IMG/VR virus record: IMGVR_UViG_2718218434_000001
Source of the DNA: a virus
Taxonomy: Duplodnaviria; Heunggongvirae; Uroviricota; Caudoviricetes
Length of the DNA: 30,763 nucleotides
Direction: 5' to 3' (one strand)
Made by a program: the position numbers and the translations under genes. Positions 18,056 through 27,554 of this stretch are shown here, piece after piece; the first letter of the stretch is position 1, and each line of letters begins with the position of its first letter. The notes under the pieces are model-generated. The model saw nothing but the letters and a program-made list of their open reading frames with translations. It made no database searches and was not told the origin of the DNA.

Positions 18056-18095
18056 GCCTGTGTCCATATTACGTGGGTAGGATCAAGGTGAGGCT

Positions 18096-18311
18096 ATGAA
18101 ATCCATGGATAAGTTAACAACGGGCATCGCCTACAGCACCTCTGCAGGCAGTGCTGGCTACTGGTTTTTACAGTTGCTCGATAAAGTCACGCCCTCACAG
18201 TGGGCGGCAATAGGTGTATTGGGTAGTCTGGTATTTGGCATGCTGACGTATCTGACAAACCTTTATTTCAAGATTAAAGAAGACAGGCGTAAGGTTGCGA
18301 GAAGAGAGTAA
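18096..18311 (+). CDS. Class II pinholin (phage 21 S-like, 71 aa) with dual-start MKSM motif
   Basis: Translation [24 protein letters not shown]...RKVARRE matches recalled S21-type holins; RBS partly formed by the IS3 target duplication. Confidence 0.85.
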   Translation: MKSMDKLTTGIAYSTSAGSAGYWFLQLLDKVTPSQWAAIGVLGSLVFGMLTYLTNLYFKIKEDRRKVARRE

Positions 18312-18315
18312 TCCA

Positions 18316-18867
18316 ATGACTCAAGACTATGAACTGGTTGTGAAAGGAGTTCGCAATTTTGAGAATAAAGTGGCGGTAACTGTAGCCTTACGGGACAAAA
18401 AACACTTTGACGGTGAAATTTTTGACCTGGACATCTCGCTGGACCGTGTTGAAGGTGCCGCGCTGGAGTTTTATGAGGCAGCAGCCAGAAGGAGCATCAG
18501 ACAGGTCTTCCTGGATGTTGCTGCCGGGTTATGTGAAGGGGATGAGCAGTCGCCGGAAAAGCGCCCCATAATTTTAGAGGCGCAGAATGTGTGGATAACC
18601 TACAAAGGAAAGCTACCGGGAAGAATTACTGGTTCTCTGAAGACGCCACCGACGGCATTGCGGTCAGAAAAAGATGATATTGAATCGCCCATTGAAAAAC
18701 TGGAGGGCAGCGTCGCTGATCTGAATAAAAAATTGTCGGTGCTGATTCCTTCTGAAGATGAAAAAAAACGCCGCGATGAGCAGTTTGCGGCGTTTTACGA
18801 TTATTGCATTGAAGTTACTCGCAGGAATTTTGTGAAGATTTTTGAGGAGGGTAAATCTCTTCAGTAA
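18316..18867 (+). CDS. Hypothetical protein (183 aa) inserted between holin and endolysin
   Basis: ATG at 18316 with purine-rich RBS, overlapping holin stop region; no recognised family. Confidence 0.5.
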   Translation: MTQDYELVVKGVRNFENKVAVTVALRDKKHFDGEIFDLDISLDRVEGAALEFYEAAARRSIRQVFLDVAAGLCEGDEQSPEKRPIILEAQNVWITYKGKLPGRITGSLKTPPTALRSEKDDIESPIEKLEGSVADLNKKLSVLIPSEDEKKRRDEQFAAFYDYCIEVTRRNFVKIFEEGKSLQ

Positions 18868-19075
18868 GCTTATTGGCGGACGCTGCAATTAATTCAGGAA
18901 GGTCCGCAAGGTCATCTGTCAGTGGATATGATGAAAAATCGGCGGCAGTTCTGTTAAGAAGCGCTTTAACTAATTCCTTTTCCTTCTCCGGCAACAAGTT
19001 GATTAGAGCTACGACTGCTTGCCTGAGTGCGATTAAATCAGCAAAAGTTTGTTTAGGTAGATTTGTGTAATCCAT
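18815..19075 (-). CDS. Hypothetical acidic protein (86 aa), convergent with and overlapping the 183-aa gene
   Basis: Good RBS (AGAGG, about 6 nt spacing) upstream of ATG at 19075; no recognised family. Confidence 0.4.
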   Translation of the reverse strand: MDYTNLPKQTFADLIALRQAVVALINLLPEKEKELVKALLNRTAADFSSYPLTDDLADLPELIAASANKLTEEIYPPQKSSQNSCE

Positions 19076-19188
19076 AGTCGCCTCTGTGTTTATCAGATTG
19101 ACATCCTCCTCCCGCCAGTGCCCATCACTGGTGAGGTAAGATTTAACATATCCGGGGATTTGAAGCCGATAAATCCTGATAAATATCC

Positions 19189-20216
<1,028 letters not shown>

Positions 20217-20579
20217 ATTAATATTAAATCGGATTATTTTTAGCGCTGAATGTGAAATTTAAATAAAAAGGACTCTTCCATGAGTCAAAATCCTTGAAAT
20301 CTTAAGGGTAAGATAAAAGGTCATTAGACAGAATGACACGTTTTATTAATAAATAAAGCTATTGTTTCATTCGTGTGTTTTTCTTTACAAAAGTAATCCT
20401 TGCTATGGTTGGTTAATCATGCGTTAATGGTGTTCTGGTTTGTTACAAAATTATCTGAAGCAGTCATTGTTATAATTTTATTATTTGTACCTCTTGAGAT
20501 TTCCTTGTTGGTTTTTCTCTCTGATATTTTTTTTCGGACCATTCTGCCCAAGGGCTAACTTCTTCAAAAGGTAATAATG

Positions 20580-20792
20580 ATGTCTAACAAAATGACTGGT
20601 TTAGTGAAATGGTTTAACCCTGAAAAAGGTTTTGGTTTCATCACGCCGAAAGATGGTAGCAAAGATGTGTTTGTCCATTTCTCAGCTATTCAGAGCAACG
20701 ATTTCAAAACGTTAACTGAGAATCAGGAAGTCGAATTTGGTATTGAGAACGGACCTAAAGGCCCCGCGGCTGTTCATGTTGTGGCACTTTGA
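20580..20792 (+). CDS. cspI: Cold-shock protein CspI-like (CspA family, 70 aa)
   Basis: Translation [38 protein letters not shown]... with RNP motifs; long AT-rich 5' UTR (20220-20576). Confidence 0.9.
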   Translation: MSNKMTGLVKWFNPEKGFGFITPKDGSKDVFVHFSAIQSNDFKTLTENQEVEFGIENGPKGPAAVHVVAL

Positions 20793-20991
20793 GGTAGAAA
20801 ATATTACAAACCATATTCACTTTAGATGCCCGTGTTGCCATGGTTCTCAGTATAGAACATCATCTTTTGATGTTTCTGACAGGAATCCTTTCGGGGCAAA
20901 ATGTATCTTTTGTAAATCAATGATGATTACATTTGATAATATTTCACAATACTTAAATGTTAGCCGTCTATCGTTAGATTTAAGAAAGTGA
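20776..20991 (+). CDS. Candidate small zinc-ribbon protein (CxxC...CxxC) downstream of cspI (YnfQ/YmcF-like?)
   Basis: ORF overlapping cspI end in another frame; contains CPCCHG and CIFCKS pairs; start codon uncertain. Confidence 0.3.
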   Translation: MLWHFEVENITNHIHFRCPCCHGSQYRTSSFDVSDRNPFGAKCIFCKSMMITFDNISQYLNVSRLSLDLRK

Positions 20992-20995
20992 AAAT

Positions 20996-21020
20996 GAAGG
21001 CTCCTTCGGGAGCTTTTTTG
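20996..21020 (+). terminator. Rho-independent terminator (GGCTCC-TTCG-GGAGC + T6)
   Basis: Stem-loop plus T-run seen in sequence after the csp locus. Confidence 0.7.
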
Positions 21021-21063
21021 CTTAGTGTCTAGTCGATGGATACTCACATATTACGGTAACATT

Positions 21064-21294
21064 ATGAAAAAAATAATAGTTTTTTTTAACTCTGAACCAG
21101 CAATGGTAGTGCCAGTGATGACCGGAGTTAACACCATCATGCGTGAATATCCAAATGGCGAAACAACACACCTCACTGTAATGGCTGCAGGGTTTCCATC
21201 TCTGACCGGAGATCATAAAGTCATTTATGTAGCAGCGGATCGACATGTAACTTCAGAAGAAATTCTGGAAGCAGCAATGAGACTCTTGAATTGA
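21064..21294 (+). CDS. Hypothetical small protein (76 aa)
   Basis: ORF from internal ATG (MKKIIVFFNSEP...); weak RBS; no family recognised. Confidence 0.4.
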   Translation: MKKIIVFFNSEPAMVVPVMTGVNTIMREYPNGETTHLTVMAAGFPSLTGDHKVIYVAADRHVTSEEILEAAMRLLN

Positions 21295-21466
21295 TTTGAT
21301 TCTAATGCATTGATAATAAATGATAATCATCTTTATCTGTTTGTGTGAAATTTAGACCGTCGTATGTTGATTATTGCGATGTTTCATCTTATCTTTTATA
21401 CGTTTGCTCCATATAATTGACACTACTGTGTACCAGGAAAGTCATAACAGACTAAAAGAGGAAATG

Positions 21467-21640
21467 ATGAACATTGAAGAGTTAAAAACAAAAACAGAAG
21501 CAGATATTTCTGAATATATAACAAAAAAAATCATTGAGCTTAAGAAAAAGACCGGGAAAGAAGTTACCAGTATCCAGTTTACTGCACGGGAAAAAATGAC
21601 TGGTCTTGAAAGCTATGATATCAAGATTGATTTAATCTAG
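21467..21640 (+). CDS. gnsB: GnsA/GnsB-family small protein (57 aa)
   Basis: Translation MNIEELKTKTEADISEYITKKIIELKKKTGKEVTSIQFTAREKMTGLESYDIKIDLI resembles recalled GnsB; GAGG RBS. Confidence 0.7.
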   Translation: MNIEELKTKTEADISEYITKKIIELKKKTGKEVTSIQFTAREKMTGLESYDIKIDLI

Positions 21641-21933
21641 TCTGTTTAGTATTAGCATCAATTTCTCATCAGATGCTATTCAACAATACAAATTACCCAT
21701 AAACCTCGTTTTTACGGGGTTTTGTTATATTTAAACATTACCGAATAGGTATAAATCTCGATTGTCGATGGTATTGGTTGTGTGACAATACCTAGTCTTT
21801 CCGGTATGCCTGATGAGAATACAAACGACAGATTATGTAAGGGAAACGCGCTGAATCTTTAACTCTTTCATGCTGAGTGATTTGACGTTATATTTTTAGC
21901 CGTAAGTGAAGAGCAAACGCATGGAGCGACAAA

Positions 21934-22140
21934 ATGCATAAAGATCAATACACTGATGCCCCCTCCCAGGAGCAGGTTCGTGTAAAAACTATGCTTAATA
22001 GCACCATTTCGATGGGTTACCCGGATGTTGTAATTGCATGTATAGAACATCAAGTGTCTCTGGAAGCATTCAGGGCAATTGAGGCCGCGTTAGTAAAGCA
22101 CGATAAGAATACGAAGGATTATTCCCTGGTGGTTGACTGA
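21934..22140 (+). CDS. Hypothetical small protein (68 aa)
   Basis: ATG with GGAG RBS 6 nt upstream; no family recognised. Confidence 0.4.
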   Translation: MHKDQYTDAPSQEQVRVKTMLNSTISMGYPDVVIACIEHQVSLEAFRAIEAALVKHDKNTKDYSLVVD

Positions 22141-22479
22141 TCACCATAACTGCTAACCATTCTGACCATTTCACAAGTGACAGAGTCAATATCGTATTCT
22201 GTCACTGTCAGGCTAATACAGCAATGCAATTCAACTACAGCAATGCCTCGTATTTAGGTGAATTTACAATATCGTCCAGTTCGGATGCCGGCTGCATTTC
22301 TGAAGATAAGGCATTTCGGTTCTCGTATTTTCCCCTCATGCTCGTCAGTCCTGCGCGTAGTAAGAAACAGGACACTCACACTAATTTGTGTGGGCATGCT
22401 GTGATGTCCTTCTGAATTATCCCCATGCCATTATGTAAAGCTCTGTTACAGATGCTCGTCACGGTTGTCAGGCTGTCGG

Positions 22480-22570
22480 GTCCTCCCAGTGGGGGGCCCT
22501 GCCACGGGGCGGGAGCGTCGCGGAAAAAGGCTAGTTTTTGAAATTTTATTCGTCATCACCACTACTGTAA
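22480..22570. other. Candidate cos site (cosN-like ACGGGGCGGGAGCGTCGCGG followed by AT-rich cosB-like region) upstream of Nu1
   Basis: Sequence around 22504-22523 resembles recalled lambda cosN (ACGGGGCGGCGACCTCGCGG) and downstream TGAAATTTTAT; lies about 170 bp upstream of the Nu1-like gene. Confidence 0.5.
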
Positions 22571-22692
22571 TTGATTGATATTACAGTTGTTTTATTTTTA
22601 TGGTGTCGATTCTGATTGTTTTTTGTTCATCACTAACACCGTTTGCCTAAAGTTGTTCGCAAGATGCATGTTTAAAACATTCTGGAGCGGGT

Positions 22693-23187
22693 ATGGATCG
22701 AGAGTTAAAAAATCTGACGCTGAATATCAGTCAACTGGCGGCATTGTCAGGTGTACATCGCCAGACTGCTGCGGCAAGGCTGCAAAATCTACCCGTTGCA
22801 GGGGGGCATGAAAGCAACCTCAAGCTTTATCGGGTGGTTGATATTGTGTCGGCATTTCTGGCATTACCACCGCCGGTTGCAGAAGGCGAAATGGACGCGC
22901 ATGAGCGCAAAGCCTGGTATCAGTCTGAACGTGAGCGTCTTAAGTTCGAACAGGAAACGGCACAACTCATTCCGGCCAGTGATGTCAGACGGGAGTTTGC
23001 CATCTGGGCAAAAGCGGTCGTGCAGGTGCTGGAGACATTACCGGATATTCTTGAACGTGACTGCGGTCTGCAGCCTGCCGCTGTGAGCCGTGTTCAGTCC
23101 ATTATTGATGATCTGCGCGATCAGATAGCCCTGCGGGTGACTGAAGCAGGTGCGGATGATGAGGAGGAATTACAGCAGGAGGAGTAA
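22693..23187 (+). CDS. nohA: Terminase small subunit (Nu1/NohA-like) with N-terminal HTH
   Basis: Translation MDRELKNLTLNISQLAALSGVHRQTAAARLQ...; GGAG RBS; acidic C-terminus. Confidence 0.7.
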   Translation: MDRELKNLTLNISQLAALSGVHRQTAAARLQNLPVAGGHESNLKLYRVVDIVSAFLALPPPVAEGEMDAHERKAWYQSERERLKFEQETAQLIPASDVRREFAIWAKAVVQVLETLPDILERDCGLQPAAVSRVQSIIDDLRDQIALRVTEAGADDEEELQQEE

Positions 23188-23618
23188 TGCTGAATCAGGA
23201 AACCGCAAAGGCAGCACGAACCGATTCAGGTTATATCCTTCGCGCACCGAGACGAATGCGGGTTGCTGATGCCGTTGCTCAGTATATGCGGGTGCGTAAC
23301 CGCTGGTTCAGCGTGATGGCGGGGCCGTCTGTGCGCGTGAATGAATGGTTCAGCGCGTATGCGATGGCGGGTATGGCTTACAGCCGTGTGTCGACCTTCT
23401 CCGAGGATTATCTCCGCGTAACTGACAACAAGGGGAAAACGCACGATGTGCTGACCGGAAGTGATGACGGTCGCCACAGCAACACGTCTCTGGCGTGGGG
23501 GGCTGGCGTGCAGTTTAACCCGACCGAATCCGTGGCCATTGACCTTGCTTATGAAGGTTCCGGCAGTGGTGACTGGCGCACTGACGGTTTCATCGTGGGT
23601 GTCGGTTATAAATTCTGA
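23187..23618 (+). pseudogene. Lom/Ail-family outer-membrane protein remnant (C-terminal ~110 aa fused to unrelated N-terminal ~25 aa); deletion junction
   Basis: C-terminus ...SVAIDLAYEGSGSGDWRTDGFIVGVGYKF matches recalled lambda Lom end; no signal peptide; start overlaps Nu1 stop (TAATG). Confidence 0.6.
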
Positions 23619-23644
23619 TTAGCCAGGTAACACAGTGTTATGAC

Positions 23645-23671
23645 AGCCCGCCGGTTCAGGCGGGCTTTTTT
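23645..23671 (+). terminator. Rho-independent terminator (AGCCCGCC-GGTTCA-GGCGGGCT + T6)
   Basis: Perfect 8-bp stem plus T-run immediately upstream of the tail-fibre RBS. Confidence 0.7.
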
Positions 23672-23682
23672 GTGGAGTGGAT

Positions 23683-26031
23683 ATGGCAGCAGTAAAAATC
23701 TCAGGTGTGCTGAAAGATGGTGCGGGAAAACCAATACAGAACTGCACTATTCAACTGAAGGCAAAGCGTAACAGCACCACGGTACTGGTGAACACGGTGG
23801 CCTCTGAAAATCCGGATGAAGCCGGGCGTTACAGCATGGATGTTGAGCATGGCCAGTACAGCGTCACCCTGCTGGTTGAAGGTTTTCCGCCTTCACATGC
23901 CGGAACCATTACCGTCTATGAAGGTTCCAGACCAGGTACGCTGAATGATTTTCTCGGTGCCATGACGGAAGATGATGTCATGCCGGAGGCATTGCGTCGT
24001 TTTGAGGCAATGGTGGAAGAAGCGGCACGCAACGCCGAAGCCGCCTCTCAGAGCGCAGCGGCGGCAAAGAAATCCGAAACTGCAGCGGCATCATCGAAGA
24101 ACGCGGCGAAAACCTCAGAAACGAATGCAGCTAACAGCGCACAGGCGGCAGCGTCCTCGCAGACTGCATCGGCAAACTCCGCGACAGCAGCCAAAAAATC
24201 AGAAACCAACGCGAAAAACAGCGAGACAGCCGCAAAGACGAGCGAAACCAACGCAAAGTCCAGCCAGACGGCAGCGAAAACCAGCGAAACGAATGCCAAA
24301 GCCAGTGAAACTGCGGCGAAAAATAGCCAGAATGCAGCAGCCGAAAGCGAGAGCGCGGCAGCCGGTTCTGCGACTGCAGCAGCTGGATCAGCAACTGCTG
24401 CGGCTAACAGCCAGAAAGCAGCGAAGACGAGCGAAACTAACGCAAAGTCCAGCCAGACGGCAGCGAAGACCAGCGAAACAAATGCCAAAGCCAGCGAAAC
24501 TGCGGCGAAAAGCAGTCAGGATGCAGCAGCCGAAAGCGAGAGTGCTGCAGCTGGTTCTGCAAGTGCGGCGGCTGCTTCTGCCACTGCATCAGCAAACAGT
24601 CAAAAAGCTGCAAAAACCAGTGAAACCAATGCAAAGACAAGCGAGACTGCAGCGGCGAACTCGGCGCAAGCATCGGCAGCAAGCCAGACAGCAGCTAAAG
24701 CAAGTGAGGATGCAGCCAGAGAGTATGCAAGCCAGGCAGCAGAGCCGTATAAATATGTCTTACAGCCACTGCCTGATGTGTGGATACCGTTTAACGATTC
24801 ACTGGATATGCTTGCTGGCTTTTCGCCTGGTTATAAGCAAATAACCGTAGGTGATGATGTTATTAAAATGCCATCCGATAAGGTTGTTAGCTTCAAACGC
24901 GCATCAGGTGCAACATACATTAATAAATCAGGTGTATTAACCGTTGCTGAAGTTGACGAACCGCGATTTGAACGAGAAGGTTTGCTGATTGAAGGACAGA
25001 GAACAAACTATTTCAGAAATTCAAATACACCAGAAGCATGGAATAACACGGGTAGTGTGTCTGTTGAGTCGTTCGACAGTGATAAGGGGTTTAACTATGG
25101 AAGGATAACTGTTATTAATGAAAATCCGACAGCACAAGGATATCAGGCAATTGCTGTAAACACGAATGATGCTTACACCTGCCCGGCAGGTTCTTATACG
25201 ACGATATCGTGTCTGACGAAAAGTGATAATTCCCGGTGTCGTGCAAGGTTCGGAAAAATGTCTGATAATGGTGCGTTTGTTTTTCATTCAGATGCAGTTC
25301 TGGATCCTGTTACGGGAAATGTTGTTCATGGAAATAATGTGACGGTGACGGCAGAAAGAGTCGGTGAATGGTGGTTGTTTACCGCCACTCTTTTTGCAGA
25401 TGCGGAAATGATAATCAGCTCAAGATTTGAAATCCTGGCGATGCCTGGAATCAGTATTATCCCCAATGGCTCTACGTTAGATATTGCGATGCCTCAGGCG
25501 GAGATTGGGTCGTACAGGACGTCATTTATCATTACTGAAGGGGCTCCTGGCACTCGCTCCAGCGACATGGTGACAATACCTGTAAGAAACAATATTCACC
25601 GATTACCATTCAGTGCTCTTGTTGAAGTTAATAAAAACTGGGATATCCCTCCCAGCAAATCACCATTAATCTTTAATGTTAAAGATTATCAGGAAAATGG
25701 TCTGTTCACGCATGGATTCCGTGGTAATAATTTCTCTGATGCCGGTTCTCCTTTTATTTCTATGGGAGGGTGTAATAAATATGTGGCAACAACCCAGAGG
25801 AAAATCATTTCAGGCTTCCGTTGTGGCGCTGATGGAGATGTTCAGGCCGTATGTAATGGTGAATTATCTGTTGCGGCAAAAACAACATGGACTTCAATTG
25901 TTCCACGGGCAGTATTGCGAATTGGAGGGCAGGGCACTAATGGGGAGTATCATCTTTTTGGTCATATCCGTAATCTGCGTATCTGGCATAAAGAATTAAC
26001 TGATGCGCAAATGGGGGAGAGTATTAAATGA
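23683..26031 (+). CDS. Side tail fibre protein (Stf): conserved lambdoid N-terminus, Ala/Ser/Thr-rich repeat shaft, divergent C-terminal domain
   Basis: N-terminus MAAVKISGVLKDGAGKPIQNCTIQLKAKRNSTT... matches recalled Stf N-terminal domain; central AAKTSETNAK repeats; GGAG RBS. Confidence 0.85.
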   Translation: MAAVKISGVLKDGAGKPIQNCTIQLKAKRNSTTVLVNTVASENPDEAGRYSMDVEHGQYSVTLLVEGFPPSHAGTITVYEGSRPGTLNDFLGAMTEDDVMPEALRRFEAMVEEAARNAEAASQSAAAAKKSETAAASSKNAAKTSETNAANSAQAAASSQTASANSATAAKKSETNAKNSETAAKTSETNAKSSQTAAKTSETNAKASETAAKNSQNAAAESESAAAGSATAAAGSATAAANSQKAAKTSETNAKSSQTAAKTSETNAKASETAAKSSQDAAAESESAAAGSASAAAASATASANSQKAAKTSETNAKTSETAAANSAQASAASQTAAKASEDAAREYASQAAEPYKYVLQPLPDVWIPFNDSLDMLAGFSPGYKQITVGDDVIKMPSDKVVSFKRASGATYINKSGVLTVAEVDEPRFEREGLLIEGQRTNYFRNSNTPEAWNNTGSVSVESFDSDKGFNYGRITVINENPTAQGYQAIAVNTNDAYTCPAGSYTTISCLTKSDNSRCRARFGKMSDNGAFVFHSDAVLDPVTGNVVHGNNVTVTAERVGEWWLFTATLFADAEMIISSRFEILAMPGISIIPNGSTLDIAMPQAEIGSYRTSFIITEGAPGTRSSDMVTIPVRNNIHRLPFSALVEVNKNWDIPPSKSPLIFNVKDYQENGLFTHGFRGNNFSDAGSPFISMGGCNKYVATTQRKIISGFRCGADGDVQAVCNGELSVAAKTTWTSIVPRAVLRIGGQGTNGEYHLFGHIRNLRIWHKELTDAQMGESIK
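24231..24606 (+). repeat. Near-perfect tandem duplication (2 x ~186 bp) inside stf shaft region
   Basis: Nucleotide units about 24231-24417 and 24418-24606 differ at only a few positions; encodes a duplicated 62-aa Ala/Ser/Thr-rich segment. Confidence 0.7.
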
Positions 26032-26309
26032 AAGATTTAACACTCAAATTTGCAGACAGGGCCGACTTTTCGGCCTTTATGGAGAGTATTGGCTATTATG
26101 ATGACGAGTCGATGCAGGATGATATTCTTATTGACGTGATAGGTAACGTGTACAAAGAAACCGGAGAACTGACTGAAGATGGCGAACCGGTATGTGTTAA
26201 GGAAGACGGATATTTTGTAAACGTGCGCATCATTAATGATGTAAAAAAATCGTCAATATTCGATAAATACGCGGTTGTTGTTGAGCATCAACTTCGTGGC
26301 TGGATGTGA
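26028..26309 (+). CDS. Hypothetical acidic protein (93 aa) downstream of stf
   Basis: Strong RBS (GGGGGAGAG), start overlaps stf stop; no family recognised. Confidence 0.5.
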   Translation: MKDLTLKFADRADFSAFMESIGYYDDESMQDDILIDVIGNVYKETGELTEDGEPVCVKEDGYFVNVRIINDVKKSSIFDKYAVVVEHQLRGWM

Positions 26310-26318
26310 GGGAGACAA

Positions 26319-27023
26319 ATGGCTACATCGACAGTAATTCCAGGAGATATCACCACGCTAAAGGGAGATGTCAGTAAAACTAAGGAAGATATTTCCTCAA
26401 TTAACGGAAAAGTATCAACGCTTCAGACTGATATGACCAGTGCAAAGCAGGATATCAGCACCAGATACACAAAAACTGAAGTTGATAATAAGCTGAAAAA
26501 CAAACTGGAAGTGAACGATCTGGAAAGCGGTCGTTATGGTGGAGATTTTTACCCGTTGACTGGCCGTGAAGCGTTTTATATGTGGGGATTGGGCACGACT
26601 ACAGCGGCGGCAAACCTTTATCTTAATCCTGACCCTGCAATTTCGTCTGTACTGCGGTCAACATCGTCTATTCGCTATAAACATTCAGTAGAGACGATAG
26701 ATTCAGAGCACGCCGATCTCATTTTCAGGATGCGCCCTGTGTGGTACAGGTCGCAATGCGAAAATGACAGGCGTGACTGGGGATTCTACGGATTGATTGC
26801 CGAGGAAGTAGGAGAAATTGCCCCTCAGTTTGTACACTGGCGACCAGCTAACGAAGATGATGCTCCTGAAGCTATTTCCAGCAATGGCCTTGTTGCCGAA
26901 GGTGTAATGTACGAACGTCTGGTTGTTCCACTGATTCACCATATCCAGAAACTGACTGAAAGAGTTGATGAACTTGAGTCAGAATTAAAGTTGTTATTAA
27001 CTTCCCGAAGCGATATTAGATAA
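26319..27023 (+). CDS. Tail-fibre-tip-like protein (234 aa) with C-terminal intramolecular-chaperone-like domain
   Basis: N-terminal coiled-coil-like region; C-terminal segment (DWGFYGLIAEEVGEIAPQFV...MYERLVVPLIHHIQKLTERVDELE) resembles chaperone domains of tail fibres/tailspikes; GAGGGAGA RBS. Confidence 0.5.
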   Translation: MATSTVIPGDITTLKGDVSKTKEDISSINGKVSTLQTDMTSAKQDISTRYTKTEVDNKLKNKLEVNDLESGRYGGDFYPLTGREAFYMWGLGTTTAAANLYLNPDPAISSVLRSTSSIRYKHSVETIDSEHADLIFRMRPVWYRSQCENDRRDWGFYGLIAEEVGEIAPQFVHWRPANEDDAPEAISSNGLVAEGVMYERLVVPLIHHIQKLTERVDELESELKLLLTSRSDIR

Positions 27024-27033
27024 AGGAGGAGTA

Positions 27034-27327
27034 ATGGATATAACACCTTTTCTTCATGCGCTTTGTGCTGTGGCTGCGCAGACACTGGTTGGTCTTTTTA
27101 CCGGAAACTGGGCTTATGGGGCGATAGCTGGTTGTACGTTCTTCATTGCGCGTGAACACACCCAGGCAGAATATCGCTGGATTGAAATGTTCGGGCATGG
27201 CAAGCGGATTAACATGCCGTGGTGGGGCGGTTTTGATCCGCGTGTTTGGGATGTGGCAAGCCTGATGGATTTTGCTGTGCCGGTGGTGGCGTGTCTGCTG
27301 ATCTGGCTGTTGGTTAATCGTGGGTGA
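27034..27327 (+). CDS. Small membrane protein (97 aa, two predicted TM segments)
   Basis: Strong AAGGAGGA RBS; hydrophobic N- and C-terminal segments; no family recognised. Confidence 0.5.
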   Translation: MDITPFLHALCAVAAQTLVGLFTGNWAYGAIAGCTFFIAREHTQAEYRWIEMFGHGKRINMPWWGGFDPRVWDVASLMDFAVPVVACLLIWLLVNRG

Positions 27328-27337
27328 AAAAAGGTGA

Positions 27338-27457
27338 GCTGTATATGCAACGGAGGAAGAAACCCCGTTGCTGGAAGCCAGGAAAAAGTATCGGGTGTTG
27401 CTGAACCGTGTTGATACGTCAACTGCACAGGATATTGAATGGCCAGCACTGCCGTAG
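27338..27457 (+). pseudogene. Tail fibre assembly protein (Tfa) 3' remnant, last ~39 codons, no start codon
   Basis: Open frame ending ...[33 protein letters not shown], the conserved Tfa C-terminus; in-frame stop at 27335-27337 immediately upstream. Confidence 0.55.
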
Positions 27458-27554
27458 GGTAAAACATATAAATTCTATAATTAGATGTATCTTTCCATTT
27501 ACGGCAAGGAAGGGGGCTTGGAAGACGTAAAGCATCTCACACCGAGATTATTTT

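Larger units (their letters stand above)
16828..18085 (+). mobile_element. Complete IS3 insertion sequence (1258 bp) with terminal inverted repeats and 3-bp target duplication AGG
   Basis: Left end TGATCTTACCCAGC..., right end ...GGGTAGGATCA (imperfect IR); flanking AGG at 16825-16827 and 18086-18088; contains orfA and -1 frame orfB. Confidence 0.9.

Noticed and set aside
16969-18067. Additional ORFs within IS3 (alternative frame in orfA; two minus-strand ORFs)
   Set aside because: IS3 has a well-known two-ORF organisation; these extra frames have no known counterparts.
23972-24844. 290-aa Arg/Gln/Lys-rich alternative-frame ORF and minus-strand 146-aa, 87-aa and 81-aa ORFs inside stf
   Set aside because: These arise from the repetitive GC-rich Ala/Ser/Thr codon repeats of the tail-fibre shaft read in other frames or strands; low-complexity translations, no start context.
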